The position numbers were made by a program, and so were the translations under genes. A stretch of DNA of 64,000 nt, from assembly GCA_040223615.1 (NCBI GenBank), contig JAVKFY010000027.1:1220-65219 (forward strand), read 5' to 3'. The notes under the pieces were generated by a model that was given only the letters and a program-made list of their open reading frames with translations, searched no databases and had not been told where the DNA came from. The stretch is from Alphaproteobacteria bacterium. Its GTDB lineage: Bacteria; Pseudomonadota; Alphaproteobacteria; GCA-2731375. Below, in pieces: positions 39,130 through 49,679 of this stretch (the stretch's first letter is position 1; every line of letters begins with the position of its first letter).

Positions 39130-40758
39130 TTAGCCCTTGCGGTCGACCAGCGCGGTGACCTTGCTGGCGCTCGCGCCCTGACGGTAGAGCTTGTAGACGA
39201 TGGAGTCGTGCAGCGCCTGGAACGAGGCGTCGACGATGTTCGGCGACACGCCGACGGTGAACCAGCGGTTGCCCTCGCCGTCGGCGCTCTCCACCAGCAC
39301 GCGGGTGATGGCGCCGGTGCCGCCGTCGAGAATGCGCACCTTGAAGTCGACCAGCCGCAGATCCTCGATCAACGGGGCGAAGCGGCCCAGGTCCTTGCGC
39401 AACGCCTGGTCGAGCGCGTTCACCGGGCCGTTGCCTTCCGCCACCGACAGATAGGTCTCGCCGTCGACCGTGGTCTTCACCGTGGCCTCGGAGACCGTGA
39501 CCAGCTCGCCAACCGCATTGAAGCGGCGCTCGACCATCACGCGGAAGCTCTCGATGCGGAAATAGTCCGGCACCTGGCCCAGGATGCGGCGCGCCATCAG
39601 CTCGAAGCTGGCCTCCGCGCCGTCATAGGCGTAGCCCTGGAACTCGCGCTCCTTCACCTCCGACAGCAGGCGGTCGATGCGGCGGTCCTTGGGGTCGACC
39701 TCGATGCCGACCTCGGCCAGGCGGGAGAGGATGTTGGAGCGGCCGGCCTGGTCGGAGACCAGCACCATGCGCCGGTTGCCGACGACCTCGGGCTCGATGT
39801 GCTCGTAGGTCTTCGGGTCCTTCATCACCGCGGAGACGTGCAGGCCGCCCTTGTGCGCGAAGGCCGAGGCGCCGACGTAGGCCGCATGCCGGTTCGGCGC
39901 CCGGTTCAGCAGTTCGTCGAGCAGGCGGGAGACCTGCGTCAGGTGCGCCAGACGCTCCTCGGTAATGCCGGTCTCGAAACGCTCCGCGAAGCCGGGCTTC
40001 AGCATCAGCGAGGGGATGATCGAGATCAGGTCGGCGTTGCCGCAGCGCTCGCCGAGGCCGTTGATCGTGCCCTGCACCTGGCGCACGCCGGCCTGCACAG
40101 CGATCAGCGAGTTGGCGACCGCGTTGCCGGTGTCGTTGTGGGTGTGGATGCCGAGGTGATCCCCCGGGATGACCTTGGCGACGTCGGCGACGATGCCGCC
40201 AATCTCGTGCGGCAGGGTGCCGCCGTTGGTGTCGCACAGCACCACCCAGCGGGCACCGTTGTCGATCGCCGCCTTCAGGCAGTCGAGCGCGAAGCCGGGG
40301 TTGGCCTTGTAGCCGTCGAAGAAATGTTCGGCGTCGAACATCGGCTCGCGGCCGAGCTCGGCGACGCGCCTTATCGAGTCGGCAACCATGGCGACGTTCT
40401 CGGCATGCTCGATCTCCAGCGCCACGTCGACGTGGAAGTCCCAGGTCTTGCCGACCAGGCACGCGGCCTCGGCCTTGCCGTCCAGCACCGCCGACAGGCC
40501 GGGATCGTTGGAGACCGACCGGCCGGGCCGGCGGGTCATGCCGAAGGCGGTGAGCTTGGCGGTCTTCAGCATCGGCGGGGCGTCGAAGAACGCCGTGTCG
40601 GTCGGGTTGGCGCCGGGCCAGCCGCCCTCGACATAGTCGACGCCGAGCTGATCCAGGGCGACGGCGATGTGCCGCTTGTCCTCGACCGAGAAGTCGACGC
40701 CCGAGGTCTGCGCGCCGTCGCGCAGCGTGGTGTCGAACAGGTAGATACGCTCTTTCAT
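39130..40758 (-). CDS. cimA: Citramalate synthase / LeuA-family (type 2) synthase
   Basis: …LFDTTLRDGAQ… HMGL-like motif and C-terminal LeuA-dimer-like region. ATGA overlap with the cysS stop. Confidence 0.8.
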   Translation of the reverse strand: MKERIYLFDTTLRDGAQTSGVDFSVEDKRHIAVALDQLGVDYVEGGWPGANPTDTAFFDAPPMLKTAKLTAFGMTRRPGRSVSNDPGLSAVLDGKAEAACLVGKTWDFHVDVALEIEHAENVAMVADSIRRVAELGREPMFDAEHFFDGYKANPGFALDCLKAAIDNGARWVVLCDTNGGTLPHEIGGIVADVAKVIPGDHLGIHTHNDTGNAVANSLIAVQAGVRQVQGTINGLGERCGNADLISIIPSLMLKPGFAERFETGITEERLAHLTQVSRLLDELLNRAPNRHAAYVGASAFAHKGGLHVSAVMKDPKTYEHIEPEVVGNRRMVLVSDQAGRSNILSRLAEVGIEVDPKDRRIDRLLSEVKEREFQGYAYDGAEASFELMARRILGQVPDYFRIESFRVMVERRFNAVGELVTVSEATVKTTVDGETYLSVAEGNGPVNALDQALRKDLGRFAPLIEDLRLVDFKVRILDGGTGAITRVLVESADGEGNRWFTVGVSPNIVDASFQALHDSIVYKLYRQGASASKVTALVDRKG

Positions 40759-42095
40759 CAGTTCGCCCGCCGCCAGGTCGTGCCCTGCGGTCCGTCTTCC
40801 AGAATGATGCCGCTGGCGGCCAGTTCGTCGCGGATGCGGTCGGCCTCGGCGAATTCCTTCGCCTTGCGCGCGGCGATGCGCCGGGCGATGGCGTCCTCGA
40901 TCTCCGAGGCATCGCCGTCACCGCCCTGGAACCAGCTCGCGGCCGGCTGTTGCAGCACGCCCAGCAGGTCCCCCGCGGCCCGCAGCGACGACGCGGCGGC
41001 CTTGTCACCGGCCAGCGCCTTGTCGGCCAGAGCGTGCAGCGACGGCAGCGCGGCCGGCACGTTCAGGTCGTCCTGCAAGGCAGCCATCAGGCCGTCGGGC
41101 AGGTCGCCGGCCGGTTCGGCGTCATCGGCGGCGCGGTACCAGCGGTCGAGCGTCGCCTTGGCCTGGCGCAAGCTCTCGCGGGTGAAGTCCAGCGGCTGGC
41201 GGTAGTGCGCCGACAGCAGCGCCAGGCGGATTGCCTCGCCCGGGAACTCGCTGAGCAGGTCGTGCAGCACGATGAAGTTGCCGAGCGACTTCGACATCTT
41301 CTCGCCCTCGACCATCAGCCAGCCGTTGTGCATCCAATACTTTGCCATCGGCGCGTGGTGCGCGCATTCCGACTGCGCCACCTCGTTCTGGTGGTGCGGG
41401 AAGATCAGGTCGAGGCCGCCGCCGTGAATGTCGAAGGTCTCGCCGAGATGCGCCTTGGACATCGCCGAGCACTCGATGTGCCAGCCCGGCCGGCCCCAGC
41501 CCCACGGGCTGTCCCAGCCCGGCTGGTCGGCGTCCGACGGTTTCCACAGCACGAAGTCCATCGGGTTTTTCTTGTAGGGCGCGACCTCGATGCGGGCACC
41601 GGCCTGCAACTCATCCTGGCTGACCCGCGCGAAATCGCCGTAGCTCGCCATCGTGGGCACGTTGAACAGCACGTGGCCTTCCGCCTCATAGGCATTGCCG
41701 TTGGCGATCAGGGTCTCGATGATCGCGATCATCTCGGCGATGTGCCGCGTCGCGCGCGGCTCCACGTCCGGCGGCAACGCGTTCAGCGCCGCGAAGTCGG
41801 CGTGCATCTCCTCGATCACCGGCTCGGTGACCTCGTCGATGGAGATGCCGCGCTCCTTGGCCCGCGCGTTGATCTTGTCCTCCACGTCGGTGATGTTGCG
41901 GACGTAGGTGACGCGCGGATAGAGCCGGCGCAGCAGGCGGGCCAGCAGGTCGAACACCACCACCGGGCGGGCATTGCCGATATGCGGCTGGTCGTACACC
42001 GTCGGTCCACACACGTAGAGCCGCACGTGCGCAGGGTCGAGCGGCGCGAACCGCTCCTTGCTCCGTGTGGCCGTGTTGTAGACGACAAGCGACAT
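40758..42095 (-). CDS. cysS: Cysteinyl-tRNA synthetase
   Basis: HIGH (HIGN) and KMSKS motifs. Start at MSLVVYNTATRS. Confidence 0.9.
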   Translation of the reverse strand: MSLVVYNTATRSKERFAPLDPAHVRLYVCGPTVYDQPHIGNARPVVVFDLLARLLRRLYPRVTYVRNITDVEDKINARAKERGISIDEVTEPVIEEMHADFAALNALPPDVEPRATRHIAEMIAIIETLIANGNAYEAEGHVLFNVPTMASYGDFARVSQDELQAGARIEVAPYKKNPMDFVLWKPSDADQPGWDSPWGWGRPGWHIECSAMSKAHLGETFDIHGGGLDLIFPHHQNEVAQSECAHHAPMAKYWMHNGWLMVEGEKMSKSLGNFIVLHDLLSEFPGEAIRLALLSAHYRQPLDFTRESLRQAKATLDRWYRAADDAEPAGDLPDGLMAALQDDLNVPAALPSLHALADKALAGDKAAASSLRAAGDLLGVLQQPAASWFQGGDGDASEIEDAIARRIAARKAKEFAEADRIRDELAASGIILEDGPQGTTWRRAN

Positions 42096-42285
42096 GGGGG
42101 GCCTCGTCCCGGACTCTTGGTTCTCGAACGTAGGGTTTGGACGCGCCTTGCGCGGGCGATTGTGTAGTTCGGATGCGGTCTCAGGGCAAGCCGACAGCCG
42201 GCGGCGGTTGCGACGTCGGGCAATTGTCCGCACCATTGGCCGCCAGAGATGCCCTGCTGCCTGACTCGCCGAGGACCAGCGCCGC

Positions 42286-43737
42286 ATGACAGCACCGTCG
42301 GCTCCGGCGCGCGCCAGCCTCCGTCCCACGCCCGCTCTCCTGTTCGCCGCCGGTGCGCTGGTCTACCTGGTGATCCTCTACCCCGGCTTCATGAGCAACG
42401 ACTCCGTCGGCCAGCTCCTGCAAGCCCGGGACGGCGTCTATAGCGACTGGCATCCGCCGGTCATGGCTTTCATCTGGTCGTTCGTCGATCGGCTGTGGCC
42501 CGGGCCGACCGGCATGCTGGTGCTGCAAACCGCGCTGATCTGGATCGGTGCCTATCTGACCTGGCGGTTCGGGCTTGGCAACGGGCCGCCCTGGCTCGGC
42601 GCGCTGTTGCTGTTCGCCGCGCTGTTCACGCCGCAAGTCTTCGGCATCGCCGGCGCAATCTGGAAAGACAACCTGATGTGGGGCGCGTTGTTCGTCGCCA
42701 TCGGGAGCATACTGGCGCTCCAACGGCATGGCACGCGCGCCGACGCCGCGACCGTGCTCGCCGTCGCTGTCGGCCTGGTCGCGCTGTTCGCCAGCACGAG
42801 CCTGCGCGTCAACGCCATCTTCGCGGTCTATCCGCTGCTGGCGTGGGCCATCCATGTCGCGCTGCGGCGCGGGCTGGTGACGTCGTCGCTGATGGCGGTG
42901 CCGCTGGCCGGGGCAATCCTGCTCGCGGGCATGGTGGTGAACCGTTCGCTGACCGACATACCCAAGCATCCCTGGATCTCGGTGGCGCTCTTCGACATCG
43001 CCGGGGTCGTCGCCAATAGCGACGATGCCGCGACCCGCCAATCGTTGGTCGAGTCGATCCCGGCACGCTATCGCGCCGGGGCGCAGGTCGCGGACGTGGC
43101 AGCGGCGTACACGCCGCGCAACTGGCTCCGCCTGCTGGATCGGTCGGGCGGCCCGCTGAGCTGGCCAACCAGCGATGCTCCCACCGGCGACGATGCGGCG
43201 GTGCGGATGCTGCCCAGCGCGTGGCTCGCCGCGATACGCGCCGACCCGACGGCCTGGCTGCGCCACCGCTGGCAGGTCTTCCGGCATGTCATCGGGCTGA
43301 CCGAGGCCCGGACCTGGACGTTCGCGATGATGCAACCGAACGCCTTCACGCCAAGATACGGGAAGGACTACGGCTCCAATCCCGGCCCCTTCTGGCACCA
43401 TCGAGTCCTGGAACGACGGCTGCAGCGGCTGTCGCGGCTGCCAGTGTTCCGCCCCTGGGCGCACCTGCTGCTGCTCGCGGCGATGACCGCCTGGCTGGCC
43501 TGGCGACGCCGTACCGATCTGCTGCTGCTGGCGGCCAGCGGCCTGCTGTACGAAAGCGCGCTGTTCGTCCTGGCGCCGTCGGCCGACTATCGCTATTCGC
43601 ACTACATGGTATTCGTGACGCTGCTGGTCGGCGTCTTCTGTCTCACGCCGTCTGGCCGCGCAAGCGCGCCTCGGCACGGCGACGGCCGATCAGCGGCAGC
43701 AGCGCAGCCATTTCCGGTCCGTGGTCGCGGCCGGTGA
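42286..43737 (+). CDS. Polytopic membrane protein, possible GT-C-type glycosyltransferase (function uncertain)
   Basis: ≥10 TM helices. N-terminal …[15 protein letters not shown]…DWHPPV… loop. 3' end overlaps gltX by ~95 nt on the opposite strand. Confidence 0.5.
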   Translation: MTAPSAPARASLRPTPALLFAAGALVYLVILYPGFMSNDSVGQLLQARDGVYSDWHPPVMAFIWSFVDRLWPGPTGMLVLQTALIWIGAYLTWRFGLGNGPPWLGALLLFAALFTPQVFGIAGAIWKDNLMWGALFVAIGSILALQRHGTRADAATVLAVAVGLVALFASTSLRVNAIFAVYPLLAWAIHVALRRGLVTSSLMAVPLAGAILLAGMVVNRSLTDIPKHPWISVALFDIAGVVANSDDAATRQSLVESIPARYRAGAQVADVAAAYTPRNWLRLLDRSGGPLSWPTSDAPTGDDAAVRMLPSAWLAAIRADPTAWLRHRWQVFRHVIGLTEARTWTFAMMQPNAFTPRYGKDYGSNPGPFWHHRVLERRLQRLSRLPVFRPWAHLLLLAAMTAWLAWRRRTDLLLLAASGLLYESALFVLAPSADYRYSHYMVFVTLLVGVFCLTPSGRASAPRHGDGRSAAAAQPFPVRGRGR

Positions 43738-44962
43738 GCGCCAACCGCAGCGGCCGGAACAACGCCCGGCCCTTGCGCCCGGTCTTCTGCTTCAGCGCAC
43801 CGGTCCATGCCGACCAGTCCAGGTCCTCCGGCAACAGGTCGGCAGCCTCGTCCAGGAACGCCAGTTCCTCGCGCAGCGGCTCGACCGGCCCGATGCAGAT
43901 CCGGGCCCAGTCGCGCGCCTCGTCCAGCTTCGACAAGTTGCCGCGCACCGCGTCCCACAATGCCGGCCCGTCGACGCCGAGATCGCCCAGACGTGCGGCC
44001 ACTTGCGCGTAGTCGGTGGCGTGCAGGACCTTCGGGTTCAGGTCGTCCAACAATTCGGTGCCGAAGCGCGCCGGATTGCGGCCCAGGCGGCCGAGGTCGA
44101 AGCTGGCGACGAGCTGGTCCAGCGACGTGAACGGCTCGATCGGATCGGCCGAGCCGATGCGGGCCAGCACGCTGTTCACCGTCATCGGCTCGTAGCCGGC
44201 TTCGCGGAGCTGGCGGAGCGACAGCGAGCCGATCCGCTTCGACAATTTCTCCCCGTCCGCGCCGGCCAGCAGGCTGTGGTGCGCGAAAGCCGGAGGCTCA
44301 GCGCCGAGCGCCCGGAACAGCTGGATCTGCGTGGCGGTGTTGCTGACATGGTCGTCGCCGCGGATCACCGTGTCGATGCCGAGCTCGATGTCGTCGACCA
44401 CCGAGGTCAGGGTGTAGAGCGCGTAGCCGTCCTCGCGGATCAGCACCGGGTCGGACAGGTTCTCGGCCTCGAAATGCTGGGCCCCGTGTACCCGGTCGTC
44501 CCACTCGATGGCCTCGGCCCGCAGCAGGAAACGCCAGTGCGGTCGTCGCCCCTCGCCCTCCAGCGTGGCCTTGTCGACATCGGTGAGGTTCAGGGCGGCG
44601 CGGTCGTAGATCGGCGGCCGACCGGCCTGGCGCAGCGCGGCGCGCTTCAGGGACAGTTCCTCCGGCGTCTCGTAGCAGGCGTAGAGCCGCCCGGCGGCCT
44701 TCAACGTGGCGATGGCGTCGTCGTAGCGCGCCTGGCGCCCGGACTGTCGCTCCAGCCGATCCCAGTCCAGCCCGAGCCAGCGCATGTCCTGCTGGATGGC
44801 GTCGGCGTAGCGTTCCTCGGAGCGCTCCCGGTCGGTATCGTCGAGGCGCAGCAGGAACGACCCGCCACTGGCCCGCGCGACCAGCCAGTTGATCAGCGCG
44901 GTGCGGGCGTTGCCGACGTGCAGCAGGCCGGTGGGGCTCGGCGCGAAACGCGTCGCGCTCAT
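43643..44962 (-). CDS. gltX: Glutamyl-tRNA synthetase
   Basis: …[15 protein letters not shown]… HIGH-region of class I GluRS. ~439 aa. Confidence 0.9.
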   Translation of the reverse strand: MSATRFAPSPTGLLHVGNARTALINWLVARASGGSFLLRLDDTDRERSEERYADAIQQDMRWLGLDWDRLERQSGRQARYDDAIATLKAAGRLYACYETPEELSLKRAALRQAGRPPIYDRAALNLTDVDKATLEGEGRRPHWRFLLRAEAIEWDDRVHGAQHFEAENLSDPVLIREDGYALYTLTSVVDDIELGIDTVIRGDDHVSNTATQIQLFRALGAEPPAFAHHSLLAGADGEKLSKRIGSLSLRQLREAGYEPMTVNSVLARIGSADPIEPFTSLDQLVASFDLGRLGRNPARFGTELLDDLNPKVLHATDYAQVAARLGDLGVDGPALWDAVRGNLSKLDEARDWARICIGPVEPLREELAFLDEAADLLPEDLDWSAWTGALKQKTGRKGRALFRPLRLALTGRDHGPEMAALLPLIGRRRAEARLRGQTA

Positions 44963-44977
44963 GGCCGCGCTCTCCAC

Positions 44978-45100
44978 AACCCGTCATCCCGGCCGACCGA
45001 AGGGAGAGCCGGGATCAACGGCCAGCGGCTTGCGTGTCGCTGCCCGTTGATCCCGGGTCGCCCCCGGCCCAAGGCCGGGGTTGCCCGGGATGACGACAGG
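44978..45100. repeat. REP-like palindromic elements (two hairpins)
   Basis: cccgtcatcccggc…gccgggatcaacgg and ccgttgatcccgggtcgcccccggcccaaggccggggttgcccgggatgacg. Confidence 0.55.
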
Positions 45101-45107
45101 AATTTCA

Positions 45108-46769
45108 TTAGCGGGCGTCGCGGAAGGCGTTGGTGATCGGGTAGCGGCGGTCGCGGCCGAAATTCTTCTGCGTGATCTTCACGCCCGGCGGGGCCTGACG
45201 GCGCTTGTACTCGGCAATGTAGAGCAGGTGCTCGATGCGGCTGACCACGGCGGCGTCGTGACCGCGGCCGACGATCTCCTCGAACGCCATCTCCTTCTCG
45301 ATCAGGCAGTGCAGGATGTCGTCCAGCGCGTCGTAGGGCGGCAGCGAGTCCTCGTCCTTCTGGTCCGGGCGCAGCTCGGCCGACGGCGGCTTGGTGATGA
45401 TCGCTTCCGGGATCACCCGCCCCTGCGGGCCAAGGCAACCGGCCGGCCGGTTCTGGTTGCGCCAGTTGCAGAGCGCGAAGACGGTGGTCTTGTAGACGTC
45501 CTTCAGCACCGAGTAGCCGCCGGCCATGTCGCCGTAGATGGTCGCGTAGCCGACCGACATTTCCGACTTGTTGCCGGTGGTCAGCACCATGTGGCCGAAC
45601 TTGTTGGAGATCGCCATCAGCGCCAGGCCGCGGCTGCGCGACTGGATGTTCTCCTCGGTGATGTCGGGCTGCTTGTCGGCGAACACCTCGCCCAGCATGG
45701 CCTCGAAGGCCTCCACGGCCGGTTCGATGCCGACGGTGTCGGAGCGCGCGCCGAGCAGCTTGGCGCACTCCTCGGCGTCGGTCAGGCTGCCCTCCGACGA
45801 GTATTTCGACGGCAAGCGCACGCACCAGACCCGGTCCGGCCCCAGGGCGTCGACGGCGACGGCGGCCGACAGCGCGCTGTCGATGCCGCCCGACATGCCG
45901 AGCACGACACCGGGGAAGCGGTTCTTGTTCACGTAGTCGCGCAGGCCCAGCACCATGGTCCGGTAGACCGACTCCATGCCCTCGGCCTGGGTCGCCTGGG
46001 CTTCGGAAGCGCAGACCCAGCCGTCGGCCTCGCGGGTCCAGGTGGTCACCGCCAGGTCCTCAACGAACGACGGCATGCTCGCGGCGAGCTTGCAGTCGGC
46101 GTTCATCACCAGCGAGTTGCCGTCGAACACCAGCTCGTCCTGGCCGCCGACCAGGTTGAGGTAGACCAGCGGCAGGCCGCTCTCGGTGACGCGCGCGACG
46201 ATGTGGTTCAGCCGGCTGTCGGTCTTCTCGACGTCGAACGGCGAACCATTGGGGACGATCAGCAGCTCCGCGCCGGTCTCGGCCAGGCACTCGACCACGT
46301 CCTCGAACCAGATGTCCTCGCAGATCGGCACGCCCAGCCGCACGCCCCGGAAGTTGATCGGGCCCGGAAGCGGCCCCTGGGCGAAGACCCGCATCTCGTC
46401 GAAGACGTCGTAGTTCGGCAGGTGATACTTCAGCCGCACGGCGGCGATCTTGCCGTCGTCGAGCAGCGCCACGGCATTGTAGAGCTTGCCGTCCTGGCGC
46501 CACGGCGTGCCGACCAGCAGCGCCGGACCCGGCTTGGCGGTGTCCATCGCCAGCGCCTCCAGCGCCTCGATCGCGTCGTCGACGAAGGCCGGCTTGAGCA
46601 CCAGGTCCTCCGGCGGATAGCCGATCAGGAACAGCTCGCCGGCGACGACGAGGTCGCAGCCCTTGTCCGCCGCCGCGGCGCGCGCGGTGCGCAACTTGGC
46701 GGCATTGCCGGGAATATCGCCAACGGTCGGGTTCAACTGCGCCAGCGCGATGGTCAGCTTATCTGTCAT
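45108..46769 (-). CDS. nadE: Glutamine-dependent NAD+ synthetase
   Basis: N-terminal CN-hydrolase domain plus C-terminal PP-loop SGGIDSAL. Confidence 0.9.
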   Translation of the reverse strand: MTDKLTIALAQLNPTVGDIPGNAAKLRTARAAAADKGCDLVVAGELFLIGYPPEDLVLKPAFVDDAIEALEALAMDTAKPGPALLVGTPWRQDGKLYNAVALLDDGKIAAVRLKYHLPNYDVFDEMRVFAQGPLPGPINFRGVRLGVPICEDIWFEDVVECLAETGAELLIVPNGSPFDVEKTDSRLNHIVARVTESGLPLVYLNLVGGQDELVFDGNSLVMNADCKLAASMPSFVEDLAVTTWTREADGWVCASEAQATQAEGMESVYRTMVLGLRDYVNKNRFPGVVLGMSGGIDSALSAAVAVDALGPDRVWCVRLPSKYSSEGSLTDAEECAKLLGARSDTVGIEPAVEAFEAMLGEVFADKQPDITEENIQSRSRGLALMAISNKFGHMVLTTGNKSEMSVGYATIYGDMAGGYSVLKDVYKTTVFALCNWRNQNRPAGCLGPQGRVIPEAIITKPPSAELRPDQKDEDSLPPYDALDDILHCLIEKEMAFEEIVGRGHDAAVVSRIEHLLYIAEYKRRQAPPGVKITQKNFGRDRRYPITNAFRDAR

Positions 46770-46813
46770 GCTCGATTTCTAGGGCCAAGCGGCGAGCGCG
46801 GCAATATCGGCGG

Positions 46814-47215
46814 CTAGCGCCAGTTCTCGCAGCGCAGCCCTTTCACGCGGTGGAACTCGCGCGTGTTGGCGGTCACCAGCGTTGCATCTGCACGCAACGC
46901 CTGCGCCGCGATCATGATGTCGTAGGGGCCTATCAACCTTCCATCCGACGCAAGATCGGCACGGATTTCGGCCGCGCAATCCGCCTCATCGACACCGAAG
47001 TGCAAGACGTCGACCGGGCCGGCCAGGAAGGCACGGAGCAGCTCAGCATGCCTGTCTTGGTTGCCGCTTCGCACCACGCCGTACCAAAGCTCGAACCGCA
47101 CGATCGACGAAATGGCGACCCCATCCGACATCGCCGCTCGAAGCCGACGCTGCACCGGCCCGCTCCCTTGGCGCAATGCATCGACCACGACATTCGTGTC
47201 GAGCTGATAGCTCAA
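46814..47215 (-). CDS. vapC: PIN-domain toxin VapC
   Basis: MSYQLDTNVVVD… with conserved acidic residues of the PIN fold. Confidence 0.85.
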   Translation of the reverse strand: MSYQLDTNVVVDALRQGSGPVQRRLRAAMSDGVAISSIVRFELWYGVVRSGNQDRHAELLRAFLAGPVDVLHFGVDEADCAAEIRADLASDGRLIGPYDIMIAAQALRADATLVTANTREFHRVKGLRCENWR

Positions 47216-47469
47216 TCGAAGCTGTCCTCGGGGTCGGGCTCCGGCATCGGCGGCTGCTCGCGGCCTTTCTCCATGAACGAGGGGTCAGCCAGCCGGTCGA
47301 GCGCCGCGAACCATTCGTCGATGTCGGTGTACATCGGCTCCAGCAGGATGCCGCCGCCTTCGACGCGCTTCACGCGCACCTTGTCGCACGACAGGCGGAA
47401 CTCCTTGGGCAGACGCACCGCCTGACTGCGGCCGTGCATGAACACCTTCGCGGTTCCGGCTTTCGACAC
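47212..47469 (-). CDS. vapB: AbrB/SpoVT-type antitoxin VapB (start uncertain)
   Basis: …AKVFMHGRSQAVRLPKEFRL… swapped-hairpin motif. Stop overlaps the vapC start. Confidence 0.7.
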   Translation of the reverse strand: MSKAGTAKVFMHGRSQAVRLPKEFRLSCDKVRVKRVEGGGILLEPMYTDIDEWFAALDRLADPSFMEKGREQPPMPEPDPEDSFD

Positions 47470-47573
47470 GATGGCCTCCAAATGATATCTACCAAAGATA
47501 GATATCAACAAGCTCTGGCACAAGCGCATATACGCGCTATGGTCGCGGCAAATCTCAATCGAACGAGGGTGAC

Positions 47574-48593
47574 ATGACGGCGACCAACAAGCAGATCCTT
47601 TTGAAGTCCCGGCCCAAGGGCTGGGTGACCCCGGACAATTTCGAGCTGGCGGAGAGTCCGGTGCCGGCGCCGGGCGACGGCGACGTGGTGGTGCGCAACC
47701 TGTTCCTGTCGGTCGACCCGTACATGCGCGGACGGATGAATGACCGGAAGTCCTACGTGCCGCCGTTCCAGATCGGCCAGCCGTTGATGGGCGGCGCGGT
47801 CGGCCAGGTTGCGACCTCCGAGAACCAGAACTTCAAGGCCGGGCAGATCGTCTCCGGCATGCTCGGCTGGGAGCAGTACACGCTGGTCAAGGACGGCGCC
47901 GGGCTGATGGCGATTCCGCCGGCCGACGTGCCGCTATCCTGGTTCCTGGGCGTGCTCGGCATGCCGGGGATGACCGCCTATGTCGGCTTGCTCGACATCG
48001 GCAAGCCGAAGTCGGGCGAGACGGTCTACGTCTCCGCCGCCTCCGGCGCGGTCGGCCAGATCGTCGGCCAGATCGCCAAGCTGAAGGGCTGCCACGTGGT
48101 CGGCTCGGCCGGCGACGACGCCAAGGTCGACTGGCTGACCAAGGAGGCCGGCTATGACAGCGCCTTCAACTACAAGACCGTGGGCTCGCTCGACGACGCG
48201 CTGGCCGAGCGCTGCCCCAAGGGTGTCGACATCTACTTCGAGAATGTCGGCGGCGCGATGCTCGACGCGGCGCTGAACGCGATGAACCCGAAGGGCCGCA
48301 TCGTCACCTGCGGCATGATCTCGCAGTACAACCTGGAGCAGCCCGAGGGCGTGAAGAACCTGTTCCACATCATCGGCAAGCGCCTGACGATGCAGGGCTA
48401 CATCGTGTCCGACCATTTCGACCGGCTGCCGGCTTTCATCCAGGAGATGAGCGGCTGGCTGGCCGAGGGCAAGGTCCGCTACCGCGAGGACGTGTCCGAC
48501 GGCATCGAAACCGCGCCGGCGGCCTTCATCGGCATGCTGAAGGGCGAGAATTTCGGCAAGCAGGTGGTGAAGATCGCCGAGCGCGAGGGCTGA
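47574..48593 (+). CDS. NADP-dependent MDR-family oxidoreductase (YncB / leukotriene-B4 dehydrogenase-like), copy 1
   Basis: …LSVDPYMRGRMN… and AASGAVGQIVGQIAK Rossmann motif. Confidence 0.85.
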   Translation: MTATNKQILLKSRPKGWVTPDNFELAESPVPAPGDGDVVVRNLFLSVDPYMRGRMNDRKSYVPPFQIGQPLMGGAVGQVATSENQNFKAGQIVSGMLGWEQYTLVKDGAGLMAIPPADVPLSWFLGVLGMPGMTAYVGLLDIGKPKSGETVYVSAASGAVGQIVGQIAKLKGCHVVGSAGDDAKVDWLTKEAGYDSAFNYKTVGSLDDALAERCPKGVDIYFENVGGAMLDAALNAMNPKGRIVTCGMISQYNLEQPEGVKNLFHIIGKRLTMQGYIVSDHFDRLPAFIQEMSGWLAEGKVRYREDVSDGIETAPAAFIGMLKGENFGKQVVKIAEREG

Positions 48594-48595
48594 GC

Positions 48596-49600
48596 ATGGC
48601 CGAGACCAACCGCCAGGTGCATCTCGCCAGCCGGCCGAAAGGCTGGGTCAGCGAGGAGAATTTCACGCTGGTCGAGGCGGCGGTGCCGGAACCGGCCGAG
48701 GGCCAGGTGCTGATCCGCAACCACTACGCCTCGGTCGACCCCTACATGCGCGGTGGCATGAACGACGTCGCTTCCTACCGCCAGCCCTTCGCGCTGAACG
48801 CGACCATGCCGGGACGCACGGTCGGCGAGGTCGTGGCCTCCAGGCTGGACGGCTACCGGGAGGGCGACTTCGTCTTCGCGATGACCGGGTGGGCCGACTA
48901 CGGCCTGGCATCCGACGACGGCCAGCTGCGCAGAATCGACCCGGCGCAGGCGCCGATTTCCTACCACCTGGGCGTTCTCGGCATGCCGGGGATGACCGCC
49001 TATGTCGGCACCTACGATCTCGGCGAGCCGAAGGCGGGCGAGCAGTTCTACGTGTCGGCGGCGGCCGGCGCGGTCGGCCAAGTCGCGGGCCAGCTCGCCC
49101 GCATCCGCGGCTGCCGCGTGATCGGCTCCGCTGGCGGGCCGGAGAAAATCGCGTGGTTGACCGGCGAGCTGGGCTTCGACGGCGCCTTCGATCACCACGC
49201 GGAAGACTACACCGAAGCGCTCGACCGGCTGATGCCGGATGGCATCGACGTCTATTTCGACAATGTCGGCGGCGCCGCGCTGGACGCGGTGCTGGCGCGG
49301 GTCAACATGAACGCGCGGCTGGTCGAATGCGGCATGGTCAGCCAGTACAACCTGACCACGCCCGACGGAATCCACAACATCGCGAACATCACGCGCAACC
49401 GCGTGCGCATCCAGGGTTTCATCGTCTCCGACCACGCAGACCGGCTCGACGCCTTTCTGGACGAGGTCTCCGGCTACCTGCGCGACGGCCAGATGCACTA
49501 CGCGGAGGACGTCGTCGACGGCCTGGAGAACACCCCGGCCGCCTTCATCGGCATGCTGAAGGGCGAGAACACCGGCAAGCGCGTGGTGAAGTACGTGTAG
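48596..49600 (+). CDS. NADP-dependent MDR-family oxidoreductase, tandem paralogue copy 2
   Basis: Same architecture and motifs as copy 1 (…ASVDPYMRGGMN…AAAGAVGQVAGQLAR…). Starts 3 nt after the copy 1 stop. Confidence 0.85.
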   Translation: MAETNRQVHLASRPKGWVSEENFTLVEAAVPEPAEGQVLIRNHYASVDPYMRGGMNDVASYRQPFALNATMPGRTVGEVVASRLDGYREGDFVFAMTGWADYGLASDDGQLRRIDPAQAPISYHLGVLGMPGMTAYVGTYDLGEPKAGEQFYVSAAAGAVGQVAGQLARIRGCRVIGSAGGPEKIAWLTGELGFDGAFDHHAEDYTEALDRLMPDGIDVYFDNVGGAALDAVLARVNMNARLVECGMVSQYNLTTPDGIHNIANITRNRVRIQGFIVSDHADRLDAFLDEVSGYLRDGQMHYAEDVVDGLENTPAAFIGMLKGENTGKRVVKYV

Positions 49601-49666
49601 CACCCGGCATGCGATAGCCGGGTCAAGGCCGGCTGAGACAAGAAGAACACGTCATGGCCGGATACG
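49601..49666. repeat. REP-like element copy
   Basis: cacccggcatgcgatagccgggtcaaggccgg … cgtcatggccggatacg. Confidence 0.4.
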
Positions 49667-49679
49667 ATTCGGGTGTCTC

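Noticed and set aside
39088-41205. 705-aa plus-strand ORF across cimA/cysS
   Set aside because: Antisense to two well-supported genes. Arg/Ala-rich nonsense composition.
45081-46817. 578-aa plus-strand ORF opposite nadE
   Set aside because: Antisense to glutamine-dependent NAD synthetase. No motifs.
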